A stretch of 64,000 nucleotides of DNA from Schmidtea nova (Eukaryota), in NCBI GenBank assembly GCA_044892505.1, contig CM097883.1:392274001-392338000 (forward strand), written 5' to 3'. Positions 37,501 through 50,449 of the stretch are shown here, piece by piece (within the stretch, counting starts at the first letter, position 1; each line of letters starts with the position of its first letter). The position numbers and the translations under genes are program-made. Below the pieces are notes generated by a model. That model ran no database searches. It had not been told where the DNA came from and was given only the letters and a program-made list of their open reading frames with translations.

Positions 37501-40500
37501 ATAGTCAGAGAGTAACCAACTATTTCATTATAACCCAACAAAATGATCAATTTCCCTAATTCGTGTACCCATAGTTACTTTCTGGTAATTTATGTTGGTA
37601 ATGTACACAGTGGTGCGAGAATTCAATGAGCAGTTGAGCTTTGTTGCCAAAAATACTCCTTAGCGTATTCTCTCTTACGTGTTCGTGATTGTGATAGAAA
37701 GTCTTACGCACATAATTACTCTTTATTCTAAAATTCCTTTAAGTTCATCAACTCTTAACTTTCTATAACATCACTTTACGATATTTAACATATGCACCTA
37801 TTTAATTACCAAAATATATGGATAGCATCCCACCTATACTTCTTAATTCAATTTGCATTTACCTTATATTTCCATTTCACCCTTATCGACTTGTATAATT
37901 TAAAAAGACGATGGTCAGAAGTTTCGACCCAACTGTTAGGTCCAAGAACCTCCACTCAATCGGGAAATCGGGCCGATGGACCAACAAATTTCCTCCTAAA
38001 TCAGTTTATTAAAGGAAATTCAAATGAGCCAGAATATGATAAAATTCAGCAAACAAAATTATAATACAAATATTTATTATTAATTACGAATAAACGCTTA
38101 ACAATTATCATAGAAAAAGGCACAACAAAACATGAAATATACGTGTCGATTCCTGTTCAATTCGTTCCACAAGAATATATAAATATTGACTAGTACTGGT
38201 TGAGAGTGGTTGTCACAATGTCCAAAAGTTCAAGATTGAAAATTGGTTAAAATAATGATTTTTAGAGGCCAATCTATACTAATTTTATGTCATGCCTACG
38301 CCTTTTATTTATTAAATAGAAATATTTATAATTTAATTTGTATATTTATTTTAATATTTAAATTAATTATTTTAATGAATTATTTATTTGTTTTTCAGTA
38401 AAATTAGCTTTATAATTTATTTTCTAAATATTTATTTTTAATTCTAATAAAATATGTGTGTGTTCAATATGGCGTCATTTTGCGCACGTTAATTGATTAA
38501 ATAATTGAATTTTTTCTATTTTTGTCCCTATCTCTGCTATCTTACGATATTTTAATGGGGATTTCTTCTAAAATTTTCAATAAATTATACTCTTTATTTT
38601 CATATCAATTTTATTTACGATCACTCTCTTTTGTATATAATTTGCGAACAATGATCTTCCCCCATTCAATTCTCATGTAGTCTTTTGTATGTAAATTTGA
38701 CCTGCATTCAAATTTTGTGCACTTTATTGAGATGTCTATTTTTTAATCGTTTTATCACTACCTATATTGACTTATGAAATGAAATTCGTATTCCTGTAAT
38801 TTGAGCTTATTAATACTTTAATATTCTATATATTTTTGTGTTATTTTTCTGCTTAATGCTCTTATGTGTTATCTTGAATTAAAATTCGCTACTTTTTCGA
38901 CGCTTTACTAGAAAACTTTTATTTTACTTCTACCAGCACAAACATCCAAACTATTCCAAAAAAATTCAAAATATAAGTGTTCATAGCATGCTGCACATTA
39001 ATTTTTAAATTCTAAGCTCTTATCAACAACGCTCATATTGATTATTAATATTTTTTGATAATATTTTAAATTAGACATACTAATTTTTCTCTTATAGCTT
39101 TATTGTGANNNNNNNNNNNNNNNNNNNNNNNNNNNNNNNNNNNNNNNNNNNNNNNNNNNNNNNNNNNNNNNNNNNNNNNNNNNNNNNNNNNNNNNNNNNN
39201 NNNNNNNNNNNNNNNNNNNNNNNNNNNNNNNNNNNNNNNNNNNNNNNNNNNNNNNNNNNNNNNNNNNNNNNNNNNNNNNNNNNNNNNNNNNNNNNNNNNN
39301 NNNNNNNNNNNNNNNNNNNNNNNNAAATTTAACTTATTCATACCCGACTTTCAAGCAATGGCAAGTGACGACATAATTCTGTCTTAGCATTTTTCAACAT
39401 ATCTCGTGACCTCAACTCTGTTCCTATGCCGCAAGTAACTGAGCATTTCGTCCATTCACTCCATGGAGAGGTTATACATAAAAACGTCGCCATGTTTGCC
39501 AAAGTCGGATCATCGAGCGGATTTTTCTTATTAACATGTCGCCGTTTTTTTGTCAAACTATTTCCGTCAAATTGAGCATTTCCGTTTTTATTGGAATTCA
39601 TTTCTGTAAATTCCTTCACTTGTTTTGCGCTCATTTTCGTACATTCCCAATTGTGTTTTGGTTTGATCTTTTGATAAGTTACCCGAGCAACTGGAACATT
39701 TGCAGTGAATGGAAATTCTAGAAATGTCAAATTGAAATAAAACTTTACAGTTGTTTATTTTACCAGGCATTATTGTAGTGTTGATAATTCTAATTGGATC
39801 GGGAATATCTTGTCTGTCTGAATTTTCTGGGAAATATGTGAACCCATTTTTAATTCCCGCATCAAATGGAAACAGATCCATGGTAAAATTTTCCTTCCAA
39901 GTGCAATCATTCATGCACATGTCCACTGCTGCTACTCCAGTACACCAGTCGGGACTAGGGCCCATCATTGTGAGAAAACTAAAGAAATGATGTGTACGAT
40001 TAACTGATATGAATCCCGATCTACTTTGCTCAATCTCATCTTCGTTCCACATGCCTGAAGTATTAAAATAACTCTTCAAATGCGGCTTTATTGCTTCTTC
40101 TGCGAATTGCTGTTTCAGAACCGTGTTATCTCCATATGAGCAAATACTCTGAACAGCCTGACTTGCTTGACCACCGTTATAATATATAAAGTAATCTCCA
40201 GTATGAGTTGCACCTATGAGATTTGTCCAATGAATCATGCTCTTGTGTTTTGGCCAATCTTTTGGATGAGTTTTCTTTGACCATAGTCCAATAAATGTTA
40301 CTCTATACGACGCTGCTCCACAAGCACAACATTCTTTCACCATAGGTGTCATCTCGTCGAAAGGTCTAGATATTTTCATGCCTTTTTCCTCATCACCAGC
40401 CATTTTATACATTTTTGTAGGGCACATAACTTTTATTAAACCTCCGGTACTTTCATAAACCATGAAATCAAATTTCACTACTTGAGCTTCGAAACGAATA

Positions 40501-40967
40501 CATTTTATTGGATTATGCGGTGCTATCCAGATCGCCTCAACAGAAGTTAGAAACATATTATGATGACTATGTATCCTGTTAGGACAATCATAATCGACGA
40601 TACCATATTTTCTACTAATAACAAAATGACCATGTCCTTCATCAGAAATCATCTTTAGCTTTTCCATTTGCACAGAATCCTCCATTTCAAATGTCGCAAA
40701 TATTGAAAAGTCTTTAAAGTCCATGCCATACATGGCATTATTCAAAATAATTCTATAACTTTCTCCAGGTTCGAATCTGTCCGCCATCCTGCCTTTCATG
40801 TCTCTAATTACTATTCGAAATTCTCCATCTTTCATCATTACCTTTTGGTATGTCTTTTTGTGCATTTTCAAACAATTGCTTTCGGTGTCCTTAGCGAAAC
40901 CTTCCCAGAATGCCAATTGAAGACATAACATCCACAGGACATTCGAAAATAATATACAAATTTTCAT
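31507..40967 (-). CDS. F-spondin-like protein: signal, reeler, spondin_N, TSR, TSR, two Kunitz, TSR; exons 40967-39764, 39717-39344, 32385-31507
   Basis: CCACGAASYRVTFIGLWSKKTHPKDWP, GPSPDWCTGV, PFDAG, WSEWTKCSVTCG and two Kunitz FKY.GC.G..NNF motifs. Splice junctions are in frame. The ~7-kb intron contains an N-gap, so further exons are possible. Confidence 0.92.
33862..34455. repeat. TTTCATAAT / TTTCATAATTTA minisatellite in the spondin intron
   Basis: Dozens of 9-13 nt degenerate units. Confidence 0.92.
35113..35790 (+). mobile_element. Internally deleted mariner, same family as 43895-45183
   Basis: YRSVIRFLF N-terminus, YSPDLAPSNF remnant, right TIR AGTCTCACTACCTATTGGGCGCACCATG plus TA. 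Confidence 0.75.
36946..37420 (+). mobile_element. hAT transposon remnant (dimerization domain)
   Basis: FLTLPVTVASGERSF at ~37350-37400; GC-rich CAGGCCCG.. terminus-like sequence. Confidence 0.65.
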
Positions 40968-41673
40968 AACTAATTTCGAATGATCTTAACTGAAATGTGG
41001 ATGATTTATATTATTGAATCAAATCTTGTAAACAGGAAGGAGAAGTGTTATTTGATATTGGTCACACGGTGATGTAACTTGCATGAATAATGTCAATGTC
41101 TCATGAAGTTGTTTATTTTCGAGCTTTCATTCATATATTTACTGATGGCTTTCACATTTAATAACACAATCAACTACAAGAACATCTAGGTGATTTAAAA
41201 AAAACCCAGAAAATGGAAAGAAAATTTTAACTTTCAAGAACTATCTCAAGATGCTCATATGAAACTCTTGCAACATTATTTATATGAATAATTTTCATAA
41301 TTGTATGACAATACATCAAAATCTTTTGATTGTCAAATACACAATACTTCGGCACAGCCTTTATCAAGTGTTTATTTCACTTGATTTTTTAGAATCAAAC
41401 GACAACAAATAGAATCATATTGAAAATGTCATCCAACAAAAGTCCATCAATTAAAGGCAATTTATTCAATTATTCACGATTTGAGAATAAAACAATACAT
41501 TATATTACGGGAAAAGAGCACATTATTTTTAAACTAGAACATGAAGTAATGGAATATAATATAGAAAAGAAAAATATTCTTTTTGCAGTATATCAAATAT
41601 TTTATTAGATATATTCTTTTGGGAAACTAAATTCGGAAAATCATATTTTATGTGGGAAATATACTCTTAAACA

Positions 41674-42441
41674 TGTTGGGTTAATAAGGTGTAGTCGGTA
41701 ATATCTGACTCATGTGTTCTCTTTCAATCACGAAGATAAGTGAAACCCAACACAATAACTTTTTATTTTTCAAATGAACAACACTTTTAATCACAGAAAG
41801 TTATGAATTTTCTGCACTCTTCCGCGTAAGGGTTGAACACCCAATGGGATATCTCCCTCTCTGGTACGCAAGAAGATTAAATTCAAATTCTACCTTTGGT
41901 TTTCTCTTAACGTTTCCTCCAAATAGCTTCTACTAGTTTGCGAAATTCTCTTTATTCTTAAAATTTATCTCCGTCTACTCTGGCGATATCGGCAATTTGC
42001 TCTCAGTATATATACTACCTTTTGTTGTCATCCCGTCGGCCTAATTGGATCTGTCGAAAAATAAAATAATTAAATTTGTTTGACCGCCGCCTAATTGAGT
42101 TTCGCTGCTAATGGGTTCTCGGCTCTTCCCGGGGCATCCTTGCTCATTCAATTTATTTCGATAATTAAATGATTTTGTTGATGCCCCGGGTTTCCCATTA
42201 GCTCGGGTTTCTCATTAGACGATTAATTATTTTTAATTAATTTGTATTTTCTTAATTTTTCTTTCTGGGGGTCCCTTTCAATTTTATATTCCCATATTTG
42301 AATCTTTATTTTTGACTTTCATAAATTTTTAATTAATGTTTGCACTTTAATTATTGTTTTTCCAAATTTGTAATTTTATTGATTTGTACATAGCTTTTGT
42401 GATTTAACTTTTATTTTCTGTTTATTTTAACAACCCCAACA
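41674..42441 (-). mobile_element. Solo LTR, 768 bp, 4-bp TSD AACA
   Basis: TGTTGGG..CCCCAACA termini flanked by AACA/AACA. Confidence 0.85.
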
Positions 42442-42647
42442 AACAGAACAGAAAGAATATAACTGATTTTGTAAATCAATCAAACCATGCGTATTTTCGT
42501 ACTTATTCTGGTGATCAAAGTATGTCCTGAGCTCCCAATAAAGTTTGCAAGACTGTGTAGAATGACTATGGCAGTGGATAACAGGAAAGAGAAAATGTTT
42601 GAAGTTTGGTATGCCTATAATATAGAAAGAGCAGCAAAATCGATTCT

Positions 42648-45537
42648 AGGACTGTTCATCAAAACGAATTTAATTAATATTGTTTATTTTATGTTTTGGT
42701 TCAAATATATTTTAACCCAATCTAATTTACATGAATTTAAAGAATGATATTGGTAATAATATTAGGGTACGTATTAACCGTGGGCTTAAACATATTTGAT
42801 GGGCACAAGAATTTGCTGTGCGCGAATTAAAACAAATCCGTGCGCCAAATTTTATTATTTGTGTTCTAGATTAAACATTTTGGAACGCTTAGAAAAATAT
42901 ATTTGGGCTAAAAAAATCAATATGAAATACTAAAAATATTAATATTTCATATTAAAAAATTAATGAACTGTAAAAAACGATTTCAGAATTTTATTTTGCA
43001 TTAAAAATCATGATGAACAAAATGGGTTCCGTTACAAAACAATTGAACTTTTATTTTGATTTTTGAACCTTTCTTGATATTGATGTTGTTAATAATGAAT
43101 AAGCCTTTGGTGGTCGACCACGACCTGTTTTGGCTGGATGAGCCACATATTGAAATGGTCGATTTAGTGACAAAGTCATAACAACAATCGCTACGACCGG
43201 CTGTTCTGTAGCTTCTTTTTGGTTTTGGTCTGTTTGGTATTCAAATGCCTTCCGAGAAAGAGCAGGACGACCCCGTTCCCGCTTTGCCCCAATCTCAAAT
43301 ATTTAGCCAGGTTTGGGATAATAAGAAATTTTAGACGAGAAGCTAAGCCAATTAGATGCTTGCAAATGTAGTTCTTCTGGTACGCTGGTACTTTCCATTT
43401 CTCCAGTTTGCATCATCTGAATATGCTTGGAACTCGATGTGCCAAATAGAGAATATAATGTTGTGATACTAATCAAATGATTAGAACTCAAAGGTTTTCG
43501 TGAACATGGTTTTGAACCATGTCAAACCTTTTGAATTATGACGGCCTCCTTGGATCAATCGTATGATTTAGTGAAATCTTTTGTGCCAATGGTGTGTTCT
43601 GTGATAAAGATTTTTGGATGATTTGATGAATTGAGGTCACGTTTTAATGACCAATCCTGGTAATTTTGTTTGCTTTTGTAATGAATCCTGAACTTGGGAT
43701 ACATCGATTGTCTTTCTTTCAAAACAAAGAAGAAGCAATGGAATGGCTCGGAAGAAATCAAAATTTAAAAAATGGTGGTATTATCAACTCAAATGACCAT
43801 TATTAACTAGAGTGAATATAAACATATTTTTAAGCAACCATGTTTTATTTAGTTAAGCACCCAAATAATATTAACCCATAATATTATTATATTACGTGGT
43901 GCGCCCAATAAGTCGTGAGACTAATATAGAAATAATAATAGTAAAAAATTTGATACAGACATATTTAAACTTCAACATATATAGGTAAAGAAAATGTATT
44001 TTGTTTTAATAATCCATTATTGTTTAAGTATATTTTTGCGAACAATTGAAAAATGCCTCTGGAAACTATTCAATACCGTAGCGTTATTTGCTTTCTCTTT
44101 CTGAAAGGAAAAAATACAGAAGAGGTTCTTTCTGAACTGAAAGCTGTTTACCAACAAGAGATCTCATCCACAGCAACAATTTATCGTTGGTTCAATTACT
44201 TTCAGAGTGGTAGAACCTCCGTGGTGGACGAAGGAAGATCTGGTAGACCCTCAGAAATTGATGAAAAAATAACGCAAAAGCTGCAGACAATCGCGCAAAA
44301 CGAGAGAAAAATAACGACGAGAGAGCTCACAGCCCGTCTAAATGTGAGCAAAGGCACTGTGCATACTCTCCTCACTGAAAGTGGTATTCGAAAACTATGT
44401 TCCCGTTTTGTGCCACGCTTCTTAACGGTGGAAATGCGACAACGACGCTTGGAATGCTGCTTGGAGGATCTGCAGATCAAGATCAATGTTGGAGACCGTT
44501 TCATTGATAATATCATCACTGTTGACGAGACACCGTTGTCCCTTTATGTCCCCGAATCTAAAAGAGAGTCTCAAGAATGTAAACTACCAGGAGAAAGCAG
44601 CTCACTGAAAATGCGGTCCTCAACTTGCCACCGAAAGGCTCTCATGCTGACGGTGTTTTGGGACGCCAATGGCATTATTCTGACTGACTGCTGAATCCGG
44701 CGTGAAGATCAATAGTTCTTACTACTCCAACATCGTGCAGCAAGCAAGGAAGGCACGACGCAAGAGCAGAGTGTGTGATCTCTATTTTCTACACGATAAT
44801 GCTCCTATCCATACCAGAAGCGTTTCCATGGCCAAAATTGAGCGTCGTGGGCTCAATTTGCTTCCCTTTCCACCATGCAGCCCCGATTTGGCTCCCTCCG
44901 ATTTTTCCTGTTTAACCATCTTAAGAAGCATCTGCGGGGCCAGGTGTTTGACAACAAACATGATTTGAGATCAGCCATGGACAGTTTTCTGGGAGAAAAG
45001 CCTCCAGAATTCTTCAAAAACTCCTTCGAAAACCTCGTTATTCGCTAAGAAAATTGTGTCAGTGCAGAAGGAAATTATTTTGAGAAATGATGCCTATTTG
45101 CCATGCTTGTTCTAATTACAAAGTTTTGTGTTGATATCTTAAGTCTTTCTATTTTAGTCTCACGACTTATTGGGCGCACCACATATGTATGTTTAAATAT
45201 TATTTCAAATATATTTCAACAAAATCTAATCAACATCATTTTAAAGAATAATAATAATAATATTTATGGTATTATAATATTAGGTATAAATTTTAATATA
45301 TTCTGTTTCCACCTTGAACTACTATACTTAAAAATATAAAATATGAGGCAGCATAATTCATTCAAAAACAATGAAACAAAATTCTAGCTTTCTATTTTGT
45401 TGTTTTTGGTACGGTTTTAGTCCATATATAAGTTCAAAATGGCAAACATCAAATTCATGTAAATTGAATTGGGTTAAAATATATTAGAATTAAAACATAA
45501 TAAACAATATTAATTAAATTCGTTTATGAACAGTCCT
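42648..45537 (-). mobile_element. MULE-like element with ~100-bp inverted termini and SWIM finger/AT-hook remnant
   Basis: Inverted repeats at 42648-42745 and 45450-45537; minus-strand CKHLIGLASRLKF..RGRP at 43.25-43.37 kb; no TSD found. Confidence 0.55.
43895..45183 (+). mobile_element. Full-length mariner (D,D34D), 1289 bp, inactive transposase 44053-~45090
   Basis: ~30-bp TIRs GTGGTGCGCCCAATAAGTCGTGAGACT, TA TSD, TVDET, HDNAP and SPDLAPSDF; frameshifts and a stop. Confidence 0.95.
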
Positions 45538-47739
45538 TTGATGAACCATCCTCTTCATGAATAGTTCGCATACCCAAAATAACCATGAAGATTGATATTT
45601 GTGTTTGGCGGACGTTAGAGGCTTAAATCGGTTTAAGAAAGCTAAGAAGAAGTATCCAAATTTGGATAACAGTTTATAGGATCAAAGAAAAGAAGTTTGT
45701 CCAACATTTCATACAAGAAAAATTTCTTTTTTATTGTATGAAGTTTCTGGACTTCTTAGCCATCTTGGATTACATGTATATCAGCCAGAAGATTGGTGAC
45801 TATTCACTAATGGATTTAAATTGAAGTTTGAAGTATGTCTTACTCTACAAAGTTAATCCATATGTAGTCTATCAAGTACCCTAATTTCATATGCATGTAA
45901 GATGAAAGGGAGAAGAAATATCATTAGGTGAAAATGTTTGATCTATGAGATAAAACACGAGTGTCGGTGCAGCTAACATCATCAATGAGCCTCTTATTAA
46001 CAGATGGTAATCATTTTGTAACCGCTTTAATTCAAACATGGATTTTTAAAACAGTTCATGAAAGAATGGAGTATTTAAAACATTCATTGATTGAGCAATG
46101 AATAATTGAAGGCAGAATTATTCTAAGGTCTTCAGATTCGCAAGATCATCAATTATTTCAGCTTCATTATTTTCATGAATGTTGGCAAGGTTTACACTTG
46201 GCACAGTTATGTCGCACCAGTGAAGAATTTATTGAGCTGATAATTATGATGAATTTGTGAAACCCATGCTCTATAACTTTAAAGGTCTTGGATACAATAT
46301 GGATATAAAAATACACTTTCTTCACATTCATTTAGAGCAGTTTCCGGGGAATCCAGGCCATTTTATCGAGGAACAAAGATAAAGATTCCACTAGAATACA
46401 ATGACAATGGTAAAAAGATGTCAAGCATATGATGACAGATTACTGCTGATCTCTCCAGTGCAAATCTCCTGCTGAAGCAAATAATAGAAAATCAAAGAAA
46501 CTCTCTTTCGTCATAAATATTTTCTGATTTCGTTCTAATGTTTTCATAATACATTAAATCTTGTTTCATTTAAGCTTGGCTATATTCTGTTAAAATTTGG
46601 AACTTTTTAGGAGGCAGTAAAATTATAGAAGCGATTTCAAAATTTCCACATGTTTTACATTTTCTGAATAGAAACAAAATTATCTCAAAAAATAGATCAA
46701 ATTAAACAAAACGACTGCCAGTTTCAAGTTCAGTGTGCTGTTTAGAACAGGGCTTTAGCTGTAAAATCAACAAAAAATAATATAATTGAATACAAATAAA
46801 CTATTAAATAAAAATAGCAATTTATTCAAATAAATAAAATAACACCATTTTTTTAAATATATTATTGCAATATATTTCAACAGCTCAGATTTCATCATCA
46901 GACTTTACACAATTTCAATAAAATAAAAACTAATACGCTTATTAGTGATTACATAATCACATGTGCACGATCCAATACAACTTTTATTAACCCTGGTAAA
47001 ATAAATTTACAACCCTCAAAATGCATGTAGATATTGCATTTTGTATGTTTATTTTAGGATTAAATGATTTTATCATCAAAGCCTCACAATTCACACGTTC
47101 ATATTAATTTAAAAAACCCCTAGAAAGTATAATTAGTAATTTTATAATTACTAAAGTTAGATAACAGCTTTTAAAAATTATAACAATTTATTTGTAGTAA
47201 TTAAATAATATCGAAAAACTAAAAACCGCCATATTTATTATAATGTTGGATACATGAAGACTAACAAAGACATTTAAGATAGATAAACAATACAGAATAG
47301 AAATTAAAAAATATAGAATTAATGATTATGTTGACCGAACTGAGAACAAAAAATGCGTAATCAATTGCAATTAAACCGATGTCAATTTATTGATGTTGAC
47401 AGTATTAGGGATTGTAACAATACTCTTCATTCATAATATGTTCATTTATAATATGTTCTTCATTTATAATATATTTTTTTTTAAAAAGTAGGATACTGGT
47501 TTGCATGGCAATGGTATCTTTTGTTGAAGTTTGTCGGTGGAAAATTTGAATTTATTGGCTAGGGAAAATGATGTTTAACGTCTTCATAAAATGTGTTTGA
47601 CTTCGATCATGCGCCCGTGAAGCTCCCTAGATACTTCACGTTGGAAGTGAGCATATCGACGAAGGCTGAACAGACAAGTGAGAGGCCTAGGCTGTGACTA
47701 TTCCCTTTTCGTGCCCACTCGGGTTCTGACCGTTAGAAG

Positions 47740-48601
47740 TGTTGGGTATTTATTTGGTTAAGTCGGTTTTTTTCTGACTCCTCGGTGTTCTTATTAAAAT
47801 CAATGAACAAGACCCAACACAGTAACCTTTATTAATAATCAATCTAATACACAATTGTCTTTACAAATTATTTAACTGTTTTTCAGACTTTTCGCAAACG
47901 CGCAGGGATATGTCTCTCAACAGCAGATGTCCCTTTCTGGTGCGCGTGTTAACAAATGAATTTAAATTAGAGTATCACTGACCTCGTCGCTCTTTTTACT
48001 TTTCACACTTTCCTTTAATCAAGATGCTTTTCTTTGCTTCGACCGTAATTTGCTTTTTTGCTGATTTTGCCTCTTTTTATATAAAATTTTGAGAGTTGAT
48101 TTATTTGTTTTCGTTCGTTAAAATGGTAAATTGCCCGTTAAAAGCCATTAAACCGTCAATTTTTAATCTCGAAATTCCAATTTACATTCTGAGGTAATTT
48201 AGATGCTAATTGACATTTGCCTCCTGCCTTGGACATTAATTTTAAAGGCAATTAACTTGTCACCTAGGGTTCGCCTCATCGCTCGGGTTCACCATTGGCT
48301 CGGGTTTTACGTTAGCTCGGGGTTTCCATTAGCCAATTACTTCTTAATTAATATTTTAATTATTTCTTTCTGGGACCACCCCCCCCCTCGATTTTATTTT
48401 TATATATTTGAATTCGTCTCATCAATCGGCATACACCCTTACCAATTTCCCCCGCCATATGTTGATTTTTAATTTTCTTAATTTTTAATTAATGTTTTCT
48501 TAATTTTAATTAATTTATAGATTTTTGTGATTTTATTAATTTCTATTTATTTTTTTTTAATTTTCACTTTATTTTTAAGTCACTTATGACAAACCCCAAC
48601 A
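47740..48601 (-). mobile_element. Solo LTR, flanks GAAG/GAAT
   Basis: TGTTGGG..CCCCAACA termini; close relative of 52856-53670. Confidence 0.82.
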
Positions 48602-49696
48602 GAATGTATTATCATTCGTATTCTCTCACTCGGGTCACTTTCAGATGTATTACGCCTCTTCGCTCAACGAACTACATTAGTAGCAACTCTGATCGAAAAA
48701 CTATCAACTATCTCTACCAAAAATTTATTATCTATTACAAAATTCGCGTGAGTTCTATAAGAGTATGATTTCATCCAGCAGGTCTAGTTCTGACATCCAG
48801 CTTAGCACTATTGTTGATTTCATTTATTTCTTCCATTCGACTAATAATATGCACCATTGAAGTTCTTTCTTTTGTAATTTTCTGCATTTTCTGAATTTTT
48901 CCTAATAAAAGTAATGATAATTTTACTTGGACGTTGGGAACTCTCTTTGTGATGAGAACACTGTTTGTGATGAGAACTCATTTTGTGATTGTATTTGTAT
49001 ATTATAGGAATTGACTTTTAAAAACTCAAAGTTAGATTAAAATACAAGTATTTTGATATATTAGAAAAATTCATTGAGTAATTAGTTGAAAATTAATGGA
49101 TTTTACACTTGTAAAGATTTTGAAGAACTTCCTACAATTAAATATACAGGAGAAATGATGATCGTATTTTTTCATTTTACAGTCACTTAATGCATTTTGC
49201 AATAACTTAACTCATTTTACAATCAATTAACCCATTTTCTATCATCATGAAGTACCCATAATTATTGATTAATAAATGATTGATTAATAAATACAGAAAT
49301 TGTCAATATTTTTTACTAGTTTGTATTAAATTAACTCTGAAATAATAATTAAACTTTATAAAATTGATTAATATTTAAGGGAAGATTGAAAATATACATG
49401 TTTTTGAATACCACAATTGTATGATACATGCAATACAAGTGTATGACATGAGTAATACACGACATATTCAATACAAGTGCACTACAAGTGAATGACACAA
49501 GCGTAAAATGCATCACATTGATTTATATCAACAATTGAGACTTGAAATATGATGAGTAATCCAGTAGTTGAACCCTATGAACAGAACTTTATTAGCAGAA
49601 CCCTAATAGCAGAACCTCTTGTGATGGATTTTATATACAAAAGCTTCATCCGATATTTAACTGACAAATAAGTGTATGTGTGTAAATAATTAGTAT

Positions 49697-50449
49697 TGTT
49701 GGGTTATTATTCTATTTAAGATCGGTTTCCTGACCTGACTCCTAGTGTTTCTTTAATTATCGAAATCAATAAAACCCAACACAGAACAATTTATTTAACG
49801 TCACCACAAATTACACTTCTGTTTTTCACTAGGAAGTACAAACTCGATAATTTGTACTCTATTCCGGATTCGGATTTGATTCTCTAGTTATGATGGTTAT
49901 AAAATATTTTCCTCACTTTGTCTCTTCGGTTTTCGCAAGATCTCTCTTTGTTAATTTTCAAACAATGTCCTCTGCTTTGCGCTGCCTTTTATACCTCTCG
50001 CAAATGACAATTAAATTTTATCAATAACTAAAAGTTACCTAATCTCGAGCTTAATTGGTCGAGCTCAGGTGGATTTTCCCTAATTGCCCTGTGCAATTTC
50101 CCGACTTTGATCTCTCGGGTCTCTACTGCGCTCAGGCTTCCCTTATCACCCGGGTTTCCCATTGGCTCGGGCTTCAAATTGTCTCGGGTTTCCCATTGAG
50201 CGATTAATTAAATTAAATTTGCTTGTTTTAACTATATAACTTTTTCTGGGGACTCCTTATTAAATTTCTATTATTATTTTTGGGTTCTTCTTTTGATTTG
50301 GCATTCAACCATACACGTTTCCCCATATGAATATTAATTTTAAATTTTTGATAAATTTTAATTAATTTTTGCCCTTTTATTTATTCTGACATTTCTTTGC
50401 TTTTATTATTCTTTCTTGTTACTTTTGTGATTTTATACTAACCCCAACG
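49697..50449 (-). mobile_element. Solo LTR, 4-bp TSD GTAT
   Basis: TGTTGGG..CCCCAACG termini flanked by GTAT/GTAT. Confidence 0.85.

Larger units (their letters stand above)
42480..46730 (+). mobile_element. Chapaev-like (CMC) DNA transposon remnant split by a nested insertion
   Basis: GDQ..APNKVCKT..KFGMP at 42.5-42.6 kb continues with NHED.YLC at ~45.58 kb; IKIHFLHIHLEQFP..RFH..DYC at ~46.3-46.45 kb. Confidence 0.6.
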
